64,000 nucleotides of DNA, from the NCBI GenBank assembly GCA_963760875.1, contig CAVXEH010000002.1:263358-327357 (forward strand), read 5' to 3'. This document shows, one piece after another, positions 10,175 through 18,345 of the stretch. The notes under the pieces were generated by a model. The model had not been told where the DNA came from. It saw nothing but the letters and a program-made list of their open reading frames with translations, and did not search any database. A program made the translations under genes and the position numbers. Positions within the stretch are counted from its first letter, which is position 1. Each line of letters opens with the position of its first letter. This DNA comes from an uncultured Chloroflexia bacterium (GTDB lineage Bacteria > Chloroflexota > Limnocylindria > QHBO01).

Positions 10175-10990
10175 ATGCCCACTGCCCAGCCTCAGCCTAC
10201 GCCGAAGGGGTCGCGACCACCTTCGCATCCATCAGTCAGCGTGGTGATACCGGCCAAAAACGAGGCCGGGAATATCGCGTGGGTCCTCGAGCGCATGCCG
10301 TCCTTCGTCGACGAGGTCATCGTCGTCGACGGTCTTTCGACCGACGGAACGCTCGAGGTGGCCAAGATGATCGTCCCTGATGTGGTCGTCGTCCACGAGA
10401 CGCGTCCCGGGAAGGGGACGGCCCTCCGGGCCGGCTTCGCCGTGGCCCGCGGCGATTACATCGTCATGCTCGATGCCGATGGCAGCATGGACCCGGAGGA
10501 GATCGGCTCCTTCATCGAAGTCCTCGACCAGGGCTACGACTTTGCCAAGGGCTCGCGCTTCATGGCCGGGGGAGGATCCGAAGACATCACCTGGCTTCGG
10601 AAGTTCGGGAACGCCAGGCTCCTTGAGCTGGCGAACGTCCTGTACGGAACCGATTTCTCCGAGCTCTGCTACGGCTACTGCGCATTCCGCCGCCAGGCTC
10701 TCCACGCCCTCGACCTCGATGCCGAGGGGTTCGAGATCGAGACCCAGATCGTGACCAGGGCGGTCATGCGCGGGATCCGCATCGGCGAGGTCCCGAGCAA
10801 CGAGCTGCCCCGCCGAACGGGCGAGTCGAACCTCAATGCGTTCCGCGACGGCATGCGGATCCTGCGGACGATCCTGAACGAGCGCTTCGGCGCCGCCAGC
10901 CCCAGCTCCAAACCATCACGGCTCGAGCCAATCCCCGTGCAGGAGCACGAGTCGGTCGAGGAGCGCCCGCGCTCGCACGTGGCGTACTGA
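10175..10990 (+). CDS. GT2 glycosyltransferase, DPM1-like (polyprenol-phosphate glycosyltransferase family)
   Basis: VVIPAKNEA, VVDGLSTDGT, GKGTAL, MLDADGS and GFEIETQI motifs. Confidence 0.92.
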   Translation: MPTAQPQPTPKGSRPPSHPSVSVVIPAKNEAGNIAWVLERMPSFVDEVIVVDGLSTDGTLEVAKMIVPDVVVVHETRPGKGTALRAGFAVARGDYIVMLDADGSMDPEEIGSFIEVLDQGYDFAKGSRFMAGGGSEDITWLRKFGNARLLELANVLYGTDFSELCYGYCAFRRQALHALDLDAEGFEIETQIVTRAVMRGIRIGEVPSNELPRRTGESNLNAFRDGMRILRTILNERFGAASPSSKPSRLEPIPVQEHESVEERPRSHVAY

Positions 10991-11028
10991 AAGCGGCGGG
11001 GCCCGGCCCCGCCAGCATCCCGACTCAA

Positions 11029-11062
11029 CACGAGGGCCTGGCTTCCAAGCCAGGCCCTCGTG
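11029..11062. terminator. Perfect 16-bp inverted repeat, probable terminator between convergent units
   Basis: cacgagggcctggctt-cc-aagccaggccctcgtg; no U-tract. Confidence 0.6.
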
Positions 11063-11082
11063 GATTGGGTGCGCGGGCACGC

Positions 11083-11242
11083 GCTGGGGTTCCGGTCCCT
11101 GTCGGCGTCGACTTCACGGGGCCATTGCAGTTCTCCCCACATGCCTTCGCGGGGGCATCGGGGGCCATCGCCAAGGGCGTCAGGCCAAGAGTGAGCTGAG
11201 CTCAGAGAGCAGCTTCGAACGAGCCCACATGGGACCCAGGCG
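11083..11242 (+). ncRNA. Candidate structured RNA (6S-like long irregular hairpin)
   Basis: The 5' arm GGTCCCTGTCGGCGTCG pairs with the 3' arm CGAGCCCACATGGGACC, with internal hairpins. The 3' part overlaps an antisense CDS end, so this is speculative. Confidence 0.25.
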
Positions 11243-11521
11243 GGAGGCGCGGGCGGCGGCATGAGCCTCAAGGTCGGTGTGCGGGCCGAAGAGGATGATG
11301 CGCGGACGGGCCCCGTCACCACCGCCGTCACGCCACCTGGTCAGCGTGTCGGCCCAACGGGCGCCACGCTCTGCCCAGTCAACCAGCACGATCCGGACCG
11401 TCCCGGGCGCCGGCAGCGCAGAGGGCTCGTCGACGCGGACGAAGCCGGTGCCCGCACGCGCTGCCGCATCACCGATGCGTGTGGCCATGAGCAGCTCACG
11501 GGACACGAGCGCGATGCTCAA
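11180..11521 (-). CDS. Small single-domain receiver-like (CheY-like) protein
   Basis: From TTG 11521: MSIALVSRELLMATRI...IVLVDW...IILFGPHTDLEAHAAARA..., a beta/alpha pattern with Asp at the end of beta3. Starts 2 nt after the upstream stop. Confidence 0.6.
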   Translation of the reverse strand: MSIALVSRELLMATRIGDAAARAGTGFVRVDEPSALPAPGTVRIVLVDWAERGARWADTLTRWRDGGGDGARPRIILFGPHTDLEAHAAARASRLGPMWARSKLLSELSSLLA

Positions 11522-11523
11522 GG

Positions 11524-11985
11524 TCAGGGCGTTCCGCCCTGCTGCGCGGGCTCGGCGGAGGCAGGTGACTGGTGCTGCCCGATGTCGGCCATTGGTCCGT
11601 CGACGTGGCTCGATCCCTCGTCGGCATGGCCGTTCGAAGCACCGTGACCGTTGGACGCACCGTGACCGTTCGCGTGGAACCCGTTCGCGTTGCCTTCCAT
11701 CACGTAGCGGGCGATGCGCATGGGATAGACGCCCACGACGACGGGCGCGTGGACCTCGACCGACAGCTCCACGCCGATCTCGTCGCGCGTCCACAGATCC
11801 TGCAGCTTGAGCGCCTCGCGCTCGGGGAGACCCACGAAGGCGACCGCCCCGTCCCGCTGGATGGAGCAGATGCAGTCAGGGTCGTCCAGCCCGAACCGTC
11901 GCCGGATCTCGGCGACCGGGACGTAGGGCCGCGACGTGATGAACCGCCGGAGACTCGAGGTGCTAGGGCGTTTGGATGAGCTCAT
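11524..11985 (-). CDS. Hypothetical protein, possibly nucleic-acid binding, with a His/Gly/Asn tail
   Basis: Non-shadow composition (LRRFITSRPYVPVAEIRRRFGL); co-oriented in the operon. Confidence 0.7.
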   Translation of the reverse strand: MSSSKRPSTSSLRRFITSRPYVPVAEIRRRFGLDDPDCICSIQRDGAVAFVGLPEREALKLQDLWTRDEIGVELSVEVHAPVVVGVYPMRIARYVMEGNANGFHANGHGASNGHGASNGHADEGSSHVDGPMADIGQHQSPASAEPAQQGGTP

Positions 11986-12001
11986 GGGTTGTGCCCCGAG
12001 T

Positions 12002-12967
12002 CTACCGCCCCTCGGGCGACGGCGCAGCCGGAGGCTCTCCCCGCCCCTCCCCCAGCAGCCCGCGCAGGACGAACATCACGTTTGCCGGCCGCTCCGCAAG
12101 CCGCCGCATGAAGTACGGCCACCACTCCGTCCCGTACGGGACATACACGCGCATCCGCCAGCCATCGGCAACCAGCGCTCGCTGGAGGTCCCGCCGGATG
12201 CCGTGCAGCATCTGGAACTCGAAGCGATCCGGGGTGACCCGATGCTGCGAGGCGAAGCGGCTGACGGCCTCGATCATGGCGGGGTCATGGGTGGCCACGC
12301 CTGGGTAGGTCCCCGCCGACAGCAGCGTCTCGCACAGCTCCACGAAGGACTGCCCGATGGTGGCGCGGTCGTGCCAGGCAATGGCAACCGATTCGGCATA
12401 CGCGCCCTTGCAGACGCGGACGCGCGCGCCCTCGGCGGCGAGCGCGGCGACATCGGCCTTGGATCGATGCAGGTACGACTGGATGACGGGGCCGGTGTCA
12501 TAGCCCTCCGCGCGCATGCCGCGCACCACCTCGAGCGTGCGGTCGACGTAGTCGCTGGACTCCATGTCGATGCGCACGAAGATCCCATGGCGCTTCCCCG
12601 CCTCGAGGACCGGTCGCAGGACGGCGCGGCACACGTCCACCCCCAGGTCCATGCCCATCTGGGTCAGCTTGATGCTGACGTTGGCGTCCAGGCCCTCGCT
12701 GGCGATGCGCTCGATCGCTTCGAGATACGCGGCGGCGGCCTGCTCGGCTGTGGCCTGGTCGGTAACCGACTCGCCAAGGTGGTCCAGGGTGGCCTGCATG
12801 CCGGCCGCGTTGAGGCCCCGCACGGTTTCGACCGCCTGGTCGAGGGTCGTGCCGGCCACGAAGCGCAGGGGCATCCGGCGGGCCAGCGGGGTACGGAGCA
12901 CCAGCCGCGCCAGCCATCGGCGGTGCGCAAGCCACAGGAAGAAGGCACGCAGCGGGGCGTCGAGCAT
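12002..12967 (-). CDS. putB: Monofunctional proline dehydrogenase
   Basis: RFVAGTT, TLDHLGE, SIKLTQMG, RIDMESS, RVCKGAY, ATHD, EFQMLHGIR and YFMRRLAERPAN motifs. Confidence 0.93.
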   Translation of the reverse strand: MLDAPLRAFFLWLAHRRWLARLVLRTPLARRMPLRFVAGTTLDQAVETVRGLNAAGMQATLDHLGESVTDQATAEQAAAAYLEAIERIASEGLDANVSIKLTQMGMDLGVDVCRAVLRPVLEAGKRHGIFVRIDMESSDYVDRTLEVVRGMRAEGYDTGPVIQSYLHRSKADVAALAAEGARVRVCKGAYAESVAIAWHDRATIGQSFVELCETLLSAGTYPGVATHDPAMIEAVSRFASQHRVTPDRFEFQMLHGIRRDLQRALVADGWRMRVYVPYGTEWWPYFMRRLAERPANVMFVLRGLLGEGRGEPPAAPSPEGR

Positions 12968-12989
12968 CCTCGCGGTCGAGTGTAGCCCG

Positions 12990-13310
12990 CTATCGGGGCC
13001 GGCCGTGCCCCCAGCCGCGCGCCCGCTCCACCGCCCGCCGGATCAGCGCCTTGCCCGGGATCGTGCCGTCACCGGGATACTCTCGACGCCCGATGCCCGT
13101 CCCGGTGGCGCCGTCGGGATCGATGTCCTCCCCGTCGATCCGGATCGTGGGCGAGCCGGGAAAGCCAAGCAGCTCGGCATCGGCCAGTGAGCCAATGGCG
13201 ATCATCTGGATGGGGGTTTCGAACGCGTCCTCGCTCAGCACCTCCACCAGGTTCTGGCGGGCGGTCATGTAGCCCGGATCATCCTCGGTGTACAGCAGCT
13301 CCACGCGCAT
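12990..13310 (-). CDS. DUF2703-like thioredoxin-fold small protein
   Basis: LGFPGSPTIRIDGEDIDP motif. Confidence 0.7.
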   Translation of the reverse strand: MRVELLYTEDDPGYMTARQNLVEVLSEDAFETPIQMIAIGSLADAELLGFPGSPTIRIDGEDIDPDGATGTGIGRREYPGDGTIPGKALIRRAVERARGWGHGRPR

Positions 13311-13325
13311 CCGGCAGGTCCGCCC

Positions 13326-13595
13326 TCAGCTGGTGACGAGGAAGCCGATGAGGCAGGCCAGCGCCACGGCCGCGAGGAGCGCGGCCAGCACCATGCGGCG
13401 GCGCTCGGCCATGGTGGGACCCTCACGCATCGAGCGCTGCTGGCCGCGCGGCGCACGCCCCCGCCAGGCCATGTAGCGCTCCGCGTTGAGGTCGCGCGCA
13501 TCGCGGGCTCGGTAGTCGCGCAAGGCCGGCCAGCCGATCCCGTAGGCCGCGACGCCGGCGACCAGCGTGGCGACGAGGAAGAGCCAGGGGGTCAT
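13326..13595 (-). CDS. Small two-TM membrane protein
   Basis: MTPWLFLVATLVAGVAAYGIGW...MVLAALLAAVALACLIGFLVTS; ATGA overlap with the pgl stop. Confidence 0.7.
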   Translation of the reverse strand: MTPWLFLVATLVAGVAAYGIGWPALRDYRARDARDLNAERYMAWRGRAPRGQQRSMREGPTMAERRRMVLAALLAAVALACLIGFLVTS

Positions 13596-14357
13596 GGCGC
13601 GTGGCTCCCCGCGTCCGTCTCCCCGGCAGCGGCAGCATCCAGGAGCCAGGTCACGTCCGCACCTCGGACCCGCGCGGCCGGAAGACGGCTGCGGCCCGAG
13701 CGCACGTGACGCACGGCATTCACCTTGTTCTCGCCGGTGACCAGGAAGACCGTCGCTCGCGCGGCGTCGATGACCGGGTAGGTCAGGGTCATCCGCCAGG
13801 TGTCGGCGGCGCGCCAGAAGTTGGGGACCACCCAGCGCTGCCGCTCGCGGAGGGCGCTGCTGCCCGGGAACAGCGACGCGGTGTGCCCGTCGGGGCCGAG
13901 CCCCAGCCACATCAGGTCGAAGGCAGGCAGCTCATCCCCGGACACGCCGAACGCCAGGCGAAGCTCCGTCTCGTAGGCGAGCGCCGCCCCGTCGAGGTCG
14001 TCCATCTCGGCCTGCATCCGGTGAATCGACTCCGGGCGCACGCCCGGCAGCTGGCTGATGAGCATGCGGTACGCGGTGCCGAAGTTCGACTGTGGATCGT
14101 CCGGCGGCACGCTGCGCTCGTCACCCCAGAAGAACTCGACCCGACTCCAGTCGACCCTGAGCGACCCGCGGCGGCTGGCGCAGGTAGGGGAAGACCGCGT
14201 TGGGCGTGGTGCCCCCCGACAGCGCGACGCGGAAGACGCCCCGCTCCTCGATGGCCGCGCTTGCGGTCGCCACGAACCGGTCGGCGGCCTCGCGCGCGAG
14301 CGCGTCCATCTCCGGCTCCACGACCCATGTCGCGGCATGCGTGCGCTCCTCCGTCAC
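13592..14357 (-). CDS. pgl: 6-phosphogluconolactonase, with an apparent +1 frameshift at about 14155-14157
   Basis: VALSGGTTP lies in one frame; VDWSRVEFFWGDERSVPPDDPQSN and LGLGPDGHTASLFP lie in the other. Removing one G from CAGGGTCGAC joins them. Confidence 0.9.
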
Positions 14358-15694
14358 CCGCCCAGCTCCTGGACGGCGGCCGGCGCGGCGATCGTGTCGG
14401 GCACGGGCGTGCCCGTGGATCGGGCGGCCGCCAGGAAGACCACGGCGGCCCGGCGGGCGGCATCGTAGACCGGGTCACGCGGCTCACCGCCGAGCTGCGC
14501 GCTCAGCAGCTCCGCCTCGCGCGGTGTTTCCATGGTGATCTGGCGCAGGAGGGCCGTCATCCCGTCGGCGTTCGTCGCCACGGTTGCCTCGTCGCGATCG
14601 CGATCGATGATGAACTCAGCCGCGCCCGTCTCGCCACGGGCTCGCAGCCGCACGCTGGTGAGCTCGCCGGGAACCAGCTCGTCCGACCGCTCCGGCTCGA
14701 TGCGCAGGTCCACCATCTCGTAGTGGCCTTCGAGCTCCAGGCGGAATCCGCCATCGGCCAGGGGCGTCACGGTCCGATGGCGTCGCCAGTCCAGCCGCGA
14801 GGCGATCCAGCCGGCGAGCAGGATGGGCTCCGCCATGGGTGCTGCCACGTCGGGTGCCACCGCATCGGCGTCGGAGCGCCGTCGCTTCCGGCCGTGGCCC
14901 GTGGGCACAGCGTAGCGGATCACCATCCGGTTGAGGTTCGGCAGGTACCGACGGAAGCGGGGGGCGTCGAAGAACTGCGCGATCCGCTCCTGCCAGCCGG
15001 AGAGGCGCTCCCAGGCCAGGTCACCGATCCCCACCACCTCTCCCAGCGACGAGAGGCGGCGCATGCCCGCCAGCAGATCGTCGAAGTCCGACGAGTCGAC
15101 GATGAGCCGGTCCGACACGTCGATGAGCTGGTCGAAGACCGGGCTGGCAAAGGGTGGGTCTCCCGGCCACCAGACCGATGTCGGCAGGTCATGGATGAGG
15201 ATGGGGGTCACGACCCCCGAGAGGTGCTCCGCAGCCTCCCCCCGGACGGTCAGCACCACCTCCTCGTAGCAGATCCTCTCGTCAGGGGAGGTGGGCACGT
15301 TGTGGCAGTGCGTGCTGATCCGCGCATCGAGCGCGTCTCCCTTCGAGAGGTGGTCCGCAACGACGACGATCGCGCGCGAGGGGTGGTGGATGCCCAGGCT
15401 CATCATGGCGTGCACCACTCGATCCGCTGTCGCCGAGTCCACCACCGTCACGATCAGGTTGAGCACCGAGGTGCGCGCGTTGGGCAGGCCTTTCTCGTGG
15501 AGCCGAGGCTCGCCGCCTCTCGTCGCCGACTCCGCGGCGCCCCACAGCCGCGCCAGCTGCCCCTCGATGGCGGCGACCGACGTCGCGCGCTGCTCCCACA
15601 TCGGGGTGGCGAGCGTCTCGGCATCGCCGAAGCGCATGAGCTGGCGGTGGACGGCGAGCTCGCGCTCGGCGGCGGTCGATCGGGTGCGAGGCAT
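14354..15694 (-). CDS. opcA: Glucose-6-phosphate dehydrogenase assembly protein OpcA
   Basis: VLNLIV, HPSRAIVV, HDLPTSVWWPGDP, RLIVDS and GDLAWERL motifs; sits between zwf and pgl. Confidence 0.88.
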   Translation of the reverse strand: MPRTRSTAAERELAVHRQLMRFGDAETLATPMWEQRATSVAAIEGQLARLWGAAESATRGGEPRLHEKGLPNARTSVLNLIVTVVDSATADRVVHAMMSLGIHHPSRAIVVVADHLSKGDALDARISTHCHNVPTSPDERICYEEVVLTVRGEAAEHLSGVVTPILIHDLPTSVWWPGDPPFASPVFDQLIDVSDRLIVDSSDFDDLLAGMRRLSSLGEVVGIGDLAWERLSGWQERIAQFFDAPRFRRYLPNLNRMVIRYAVPTGHGRKRRRSDADAVAPDVAAPMAEPILLAGWIASRLDWRRHRTVTPLADGGFRLELEGHYEMVDLRIEPERSDELVPGELTSVRLRARGETGAAEFIIDRDRDEATVATNADGMTALLRQITMETPREAELLSAQLGGEPRDPVYDAARRAAVVFLAAARSTGTPVPDTIAAPAAVQELGG

Positions 15695-15699
15695 GGCGG

Positions 15700-17322
15700 C
15701 TACGGCCGGCGCCAGGCGCGCCGATCACGCTCCAGCATGTCGTCGCTGGCGGGCGGTCCCCAGCTTCCGGCAGCGTAGAAGTGCAGCGGACCTCCCTGGC
15801 CCTCGTGCCAGGCCCGCAGCATGGGGTCGAGGATCTCCCAGGCCCGCTCGACCTCGTCGTCGCGGGTGAACAGCGACGGGTCGCCGATCATCGCATCAAG
15901 GAGCAGGGTCTCGTAGGCATCGGGCGAGTCAACCGCGAAGCTGGAGCCATAGCGGAAGTCCATGTTCACGCTGCGGATCTGGAGACCCTGGCCGGGGACC
16001 TTGGCCCCGAAGCGCAGCAGGATGCCCTCGTCGGGCTGGATGCGGATGGCGAGGATGTTCGGGTCGATCTGCGAGGCGCCGGTGCGGGCGAACAGGGCCA
16101 GCGGCGCCCGGCGGAACTGGACCGCGATCTCCGTGACCCGGGTGGGCATGCCCTTGCCGGTCCGCAGGTAGAACGGGACGCCCGCCCATCGCCAGGAGTC
16201 GATCGCCAGCTTGATGGCGACGTAGGTCTCCGTCTGCGACTCCGGATCCACCTCAGGCTCGTCGCGGTAGGAACGCATCTTGGCGCCTTCGACCCAGCCG
16301 GAGACGTACTGGCCACGGATCGTGTTGCGGGCGACATCGGCCAGGGCCATGGGATGGACCGCTCGCAGGACCTTGAGCTTCTCATCGCGGAGGTCCGACG
16401 CGGCGAACTCCACCGGCGGCTCCATGGCGAACATGGTCATCAGCTGCAGGGCGTGGTTCTGGACGATGTCGCGCAGCGCGCCGGTCTGGTCGTAGAACTC
16501 GCCGCGGCCCTCGACGCCGACCGTCTCCGCCACGGTGATCTGCACGCTGTCGATGTAGCGGCGGTTCCAGATCGGCTCGAAAAGACCGTTCCCGAAGCGG
16601 AAGACGGCCAGGTTCTGGACCGTCTCCTTCCCGAGGTAGTGGTCGATGCGGTAGACCTGCTCCTCCTCGAACGCCTCCCGGATCTCGCGGTTCAGCTTGC
16701 GGGCGGACCCGAGGTCGTACCCGAACGGCTTCTCGACGATGACCCGGACCCAGCCGCGCTTGCCGTCCGACCGTCGCTCCCCGTCGACGGCCAGCCCGGC
16801 CTTGCCGAGCTGCTTGACGATCTCCGGGTAGAGGACCGGGGGAACCGCGAGGTAGAAGAGCCGATTCCCCGCCGTCCCGCGGTCGCGGTCGATGCGGTCG
16901 AGGAGCTTGGCGAGCTCCTCGTACGAGGCGGGGTCGTGGAACTCGCCGCGGTGGTAGTGGATCCCGCCGCTGAACGAGTCCCAGATCGAGCGCTTGACCG
17001 GGCGGTTGCGGCTGTAGGCATCGATGCCTTCGCGGAGGTGGTCGCGGAAGTCGTCGTCGCTCATCGGGCGCCGGGCGAAGCCCACCACGGTGAACTCCGG
17101 GGGGAGGAACCCGCCCAGCATCAGGTTGTAGAGCGCGGGCCCCAGCTTGCGCTGGGTGAGGTCCCCGGTCGCACCGCAGATGATCATGGTGCACGGCTCG
17201 GGGATGCGCTCCAGGCGCAGTCCCTCGCGGAGCGGGTTGGCGAGGTGGCGCGAGCCGTCGCCGTGAACGGACGCCTGCTCGGGCAGGACGGGCGGAAGGG
17301 TGGTGGGAGTCACGTGCGCCAT
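15700..17322 (-). CDS. zwf: Glucose-6-phosphate 1-dehydrogenase
   Basis: GATGDLT, RVIVEKPFG, YRIDHYLGKETVQN, RDIVQNH and WAGVPFYLRTGK motifs. Confidence 0.97.
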   Translation of the reverse strand: MAHVTPTTLPPVLPEQASVHGDGSRHLANPLREGLRLERIPEPCTMIICGATGDLTQRKLGPALYNLMLGGFLPPEFTVVGFARRPMSDDDFRDHLREGIDAYSRNRPVKRSIWDSFSGGIHYHRGEFHDPASYEELAKLLDRIDRDRGTAGNRLFYLAVPPVLYPEIVKQLGKAGLAVDGERRSDGKRGWVRVIVEKPFGYDLGSARKLNREIREAFEEEQVYRIDHYLGKETVQNLAVFRFGNGLFEPIWNRRYIDSVQITVAETVGVEGRGEFYDQTGALRDIVQNHALQLMTMFAMEPPVEFAASDLRDEKLKVLRAVHPMALADVARNTIRGQYVSGWVEGAKMRSYRDEPEVDPESQTETYVAIKLAIDSWRWAGVPFYLRTGKGMPTRVTEIAVQFRRAPLALFARTGASQIDPNILAIRIQPDEGILLRFGAKVPGQGLQIRSVNMDFRYGSSFAVDSPDAYETLLLDAMIGDPSLFTRDDEVERAWEILDPMLRAWHEGQGGPLHFYAAGSWGPPASDDMLERDRRAWRRP

Positions 17323-17325
17323 GGG

Positions 17326-18279
17326 CTAGCCGCCGTGGCCCTCCCCGCCGGCGTCGTCGCCGGCGCTCACGATGGCATGCCCTCCGAACTCGTTGCGCAG
17401 TGCCGCCAGGACCCGGTCCGTGAACGAATCTGGCTCCCGCCTGCTGCGGAACCGCTCCATGAGCGACAGGGTGATGATGGGAGCCGGCACGTCGTGGTCG
17501 ATCGCATCCAGGACGGTCCAGCGCCCCTCGCCGGAGTCGTTGACCCAGCCCTTGATGGCGGCCAGGTCCGGCCCCTCGCGGGTGAACGCGGCGGCCGCGA
17601 GCTCCATGAGCCAGGAGCGAATCACGGAGCCGTGGTTCCACATCTCGGCGATGGCCGCAAGGTCGAGCTGGTAGTCGGACGAGGCGTGGAGGATGTCGAA
17701 CCCTTCGCTGATGGCCTGCATCTGCCCGTACTCGATCCCGTTGTGGACCATCTTCACGTAGTGGCCCGCGCCGGCCGGCCCGCAGTACAGGAACCCCGCC
17801 TCGGGCGCCAGGGTCTTCACCGCCGGCTCGAACCTCTCGTAGATCGCGCGCTTGCCCCCGAGCATGGCGCAGAAGCCCACGGTGAGACCCCAGACACCGC
17901 CGCTGACACCCATGTCCAGCCATTCCAGTCCGCGTTCCTCGACCTTCGCCGCGCGTCGCTGGCTGTCATGGAAGTTGGAATTCCCTGCGTCCACGATGAC
18001 GTCGCCGGGCGCAAGGATCCCCATGAGCCGATCGATCATCTCCTCCGTCGCGTCCCCGGAGGGCACGCTGATGATCACGTGACGCGGGGCGTCGAGCATG
18101 GCCACGACCTGCTCCAGCGGCTCGGCGACCGCGATGTGCCCCAGGTTCTCGGGTTCCCCGGCGAGCTCCTGTGCCACCTCCGGGTGGCGGTTCCAGGCAA
18201 TCACCTGGTGCCCGCCGCGCGCCAGCCTGCGCGCCATGCCTGCCCCCATCCGTCCCAGCCCGGCGACCGCGATCTGCAT
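17326..18279 (-). CDS. gnd: Decarboxylating 6-phosphogluconate dehydrogenase (short YqeC type)
   Basis: GLGRMG, DAGNS, GVSGG, GHYVKMVHNGIEYG, DSGEGRWTV and ALRNEFGGH motifs. Confidence 0.95.
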   Translation of the reverse strand: MQIAVAGLGRMGAGMARRLARGGHQVIAWNRHPEVAQELAGEPENLGHIAVAEPLEQVVAMLDAPRHVIISVPSGDATEEMIDRLMGILAPGDVIVDAGNSNFHDSQRRAAKVEERGLEWLDMGVSGGVWGLTVGFCAMLGGKRAIYERFEPAVKTLAPEAGFLYCGPAGAGHYVKMVHNGIEYGQMQAISEGFDILHASSDYQLDLAAIAEMWNHGSVIRSWLMELAAAAFTREGPDLAAIKGWVNDSGEGRWTVLDAIDHDVPAPIITLSLMERFRSRREPDSFTDRVLAALRNEFGGHAIVSAGDDAGGEGHGG

Positions 18280-18345
18280 CGGCCGTGTGCTCCTTTTCGT
18301 TATCGTGTCGTTCGCGTGATGCGTTGGTAGCTTGCCGGCTGCTCG

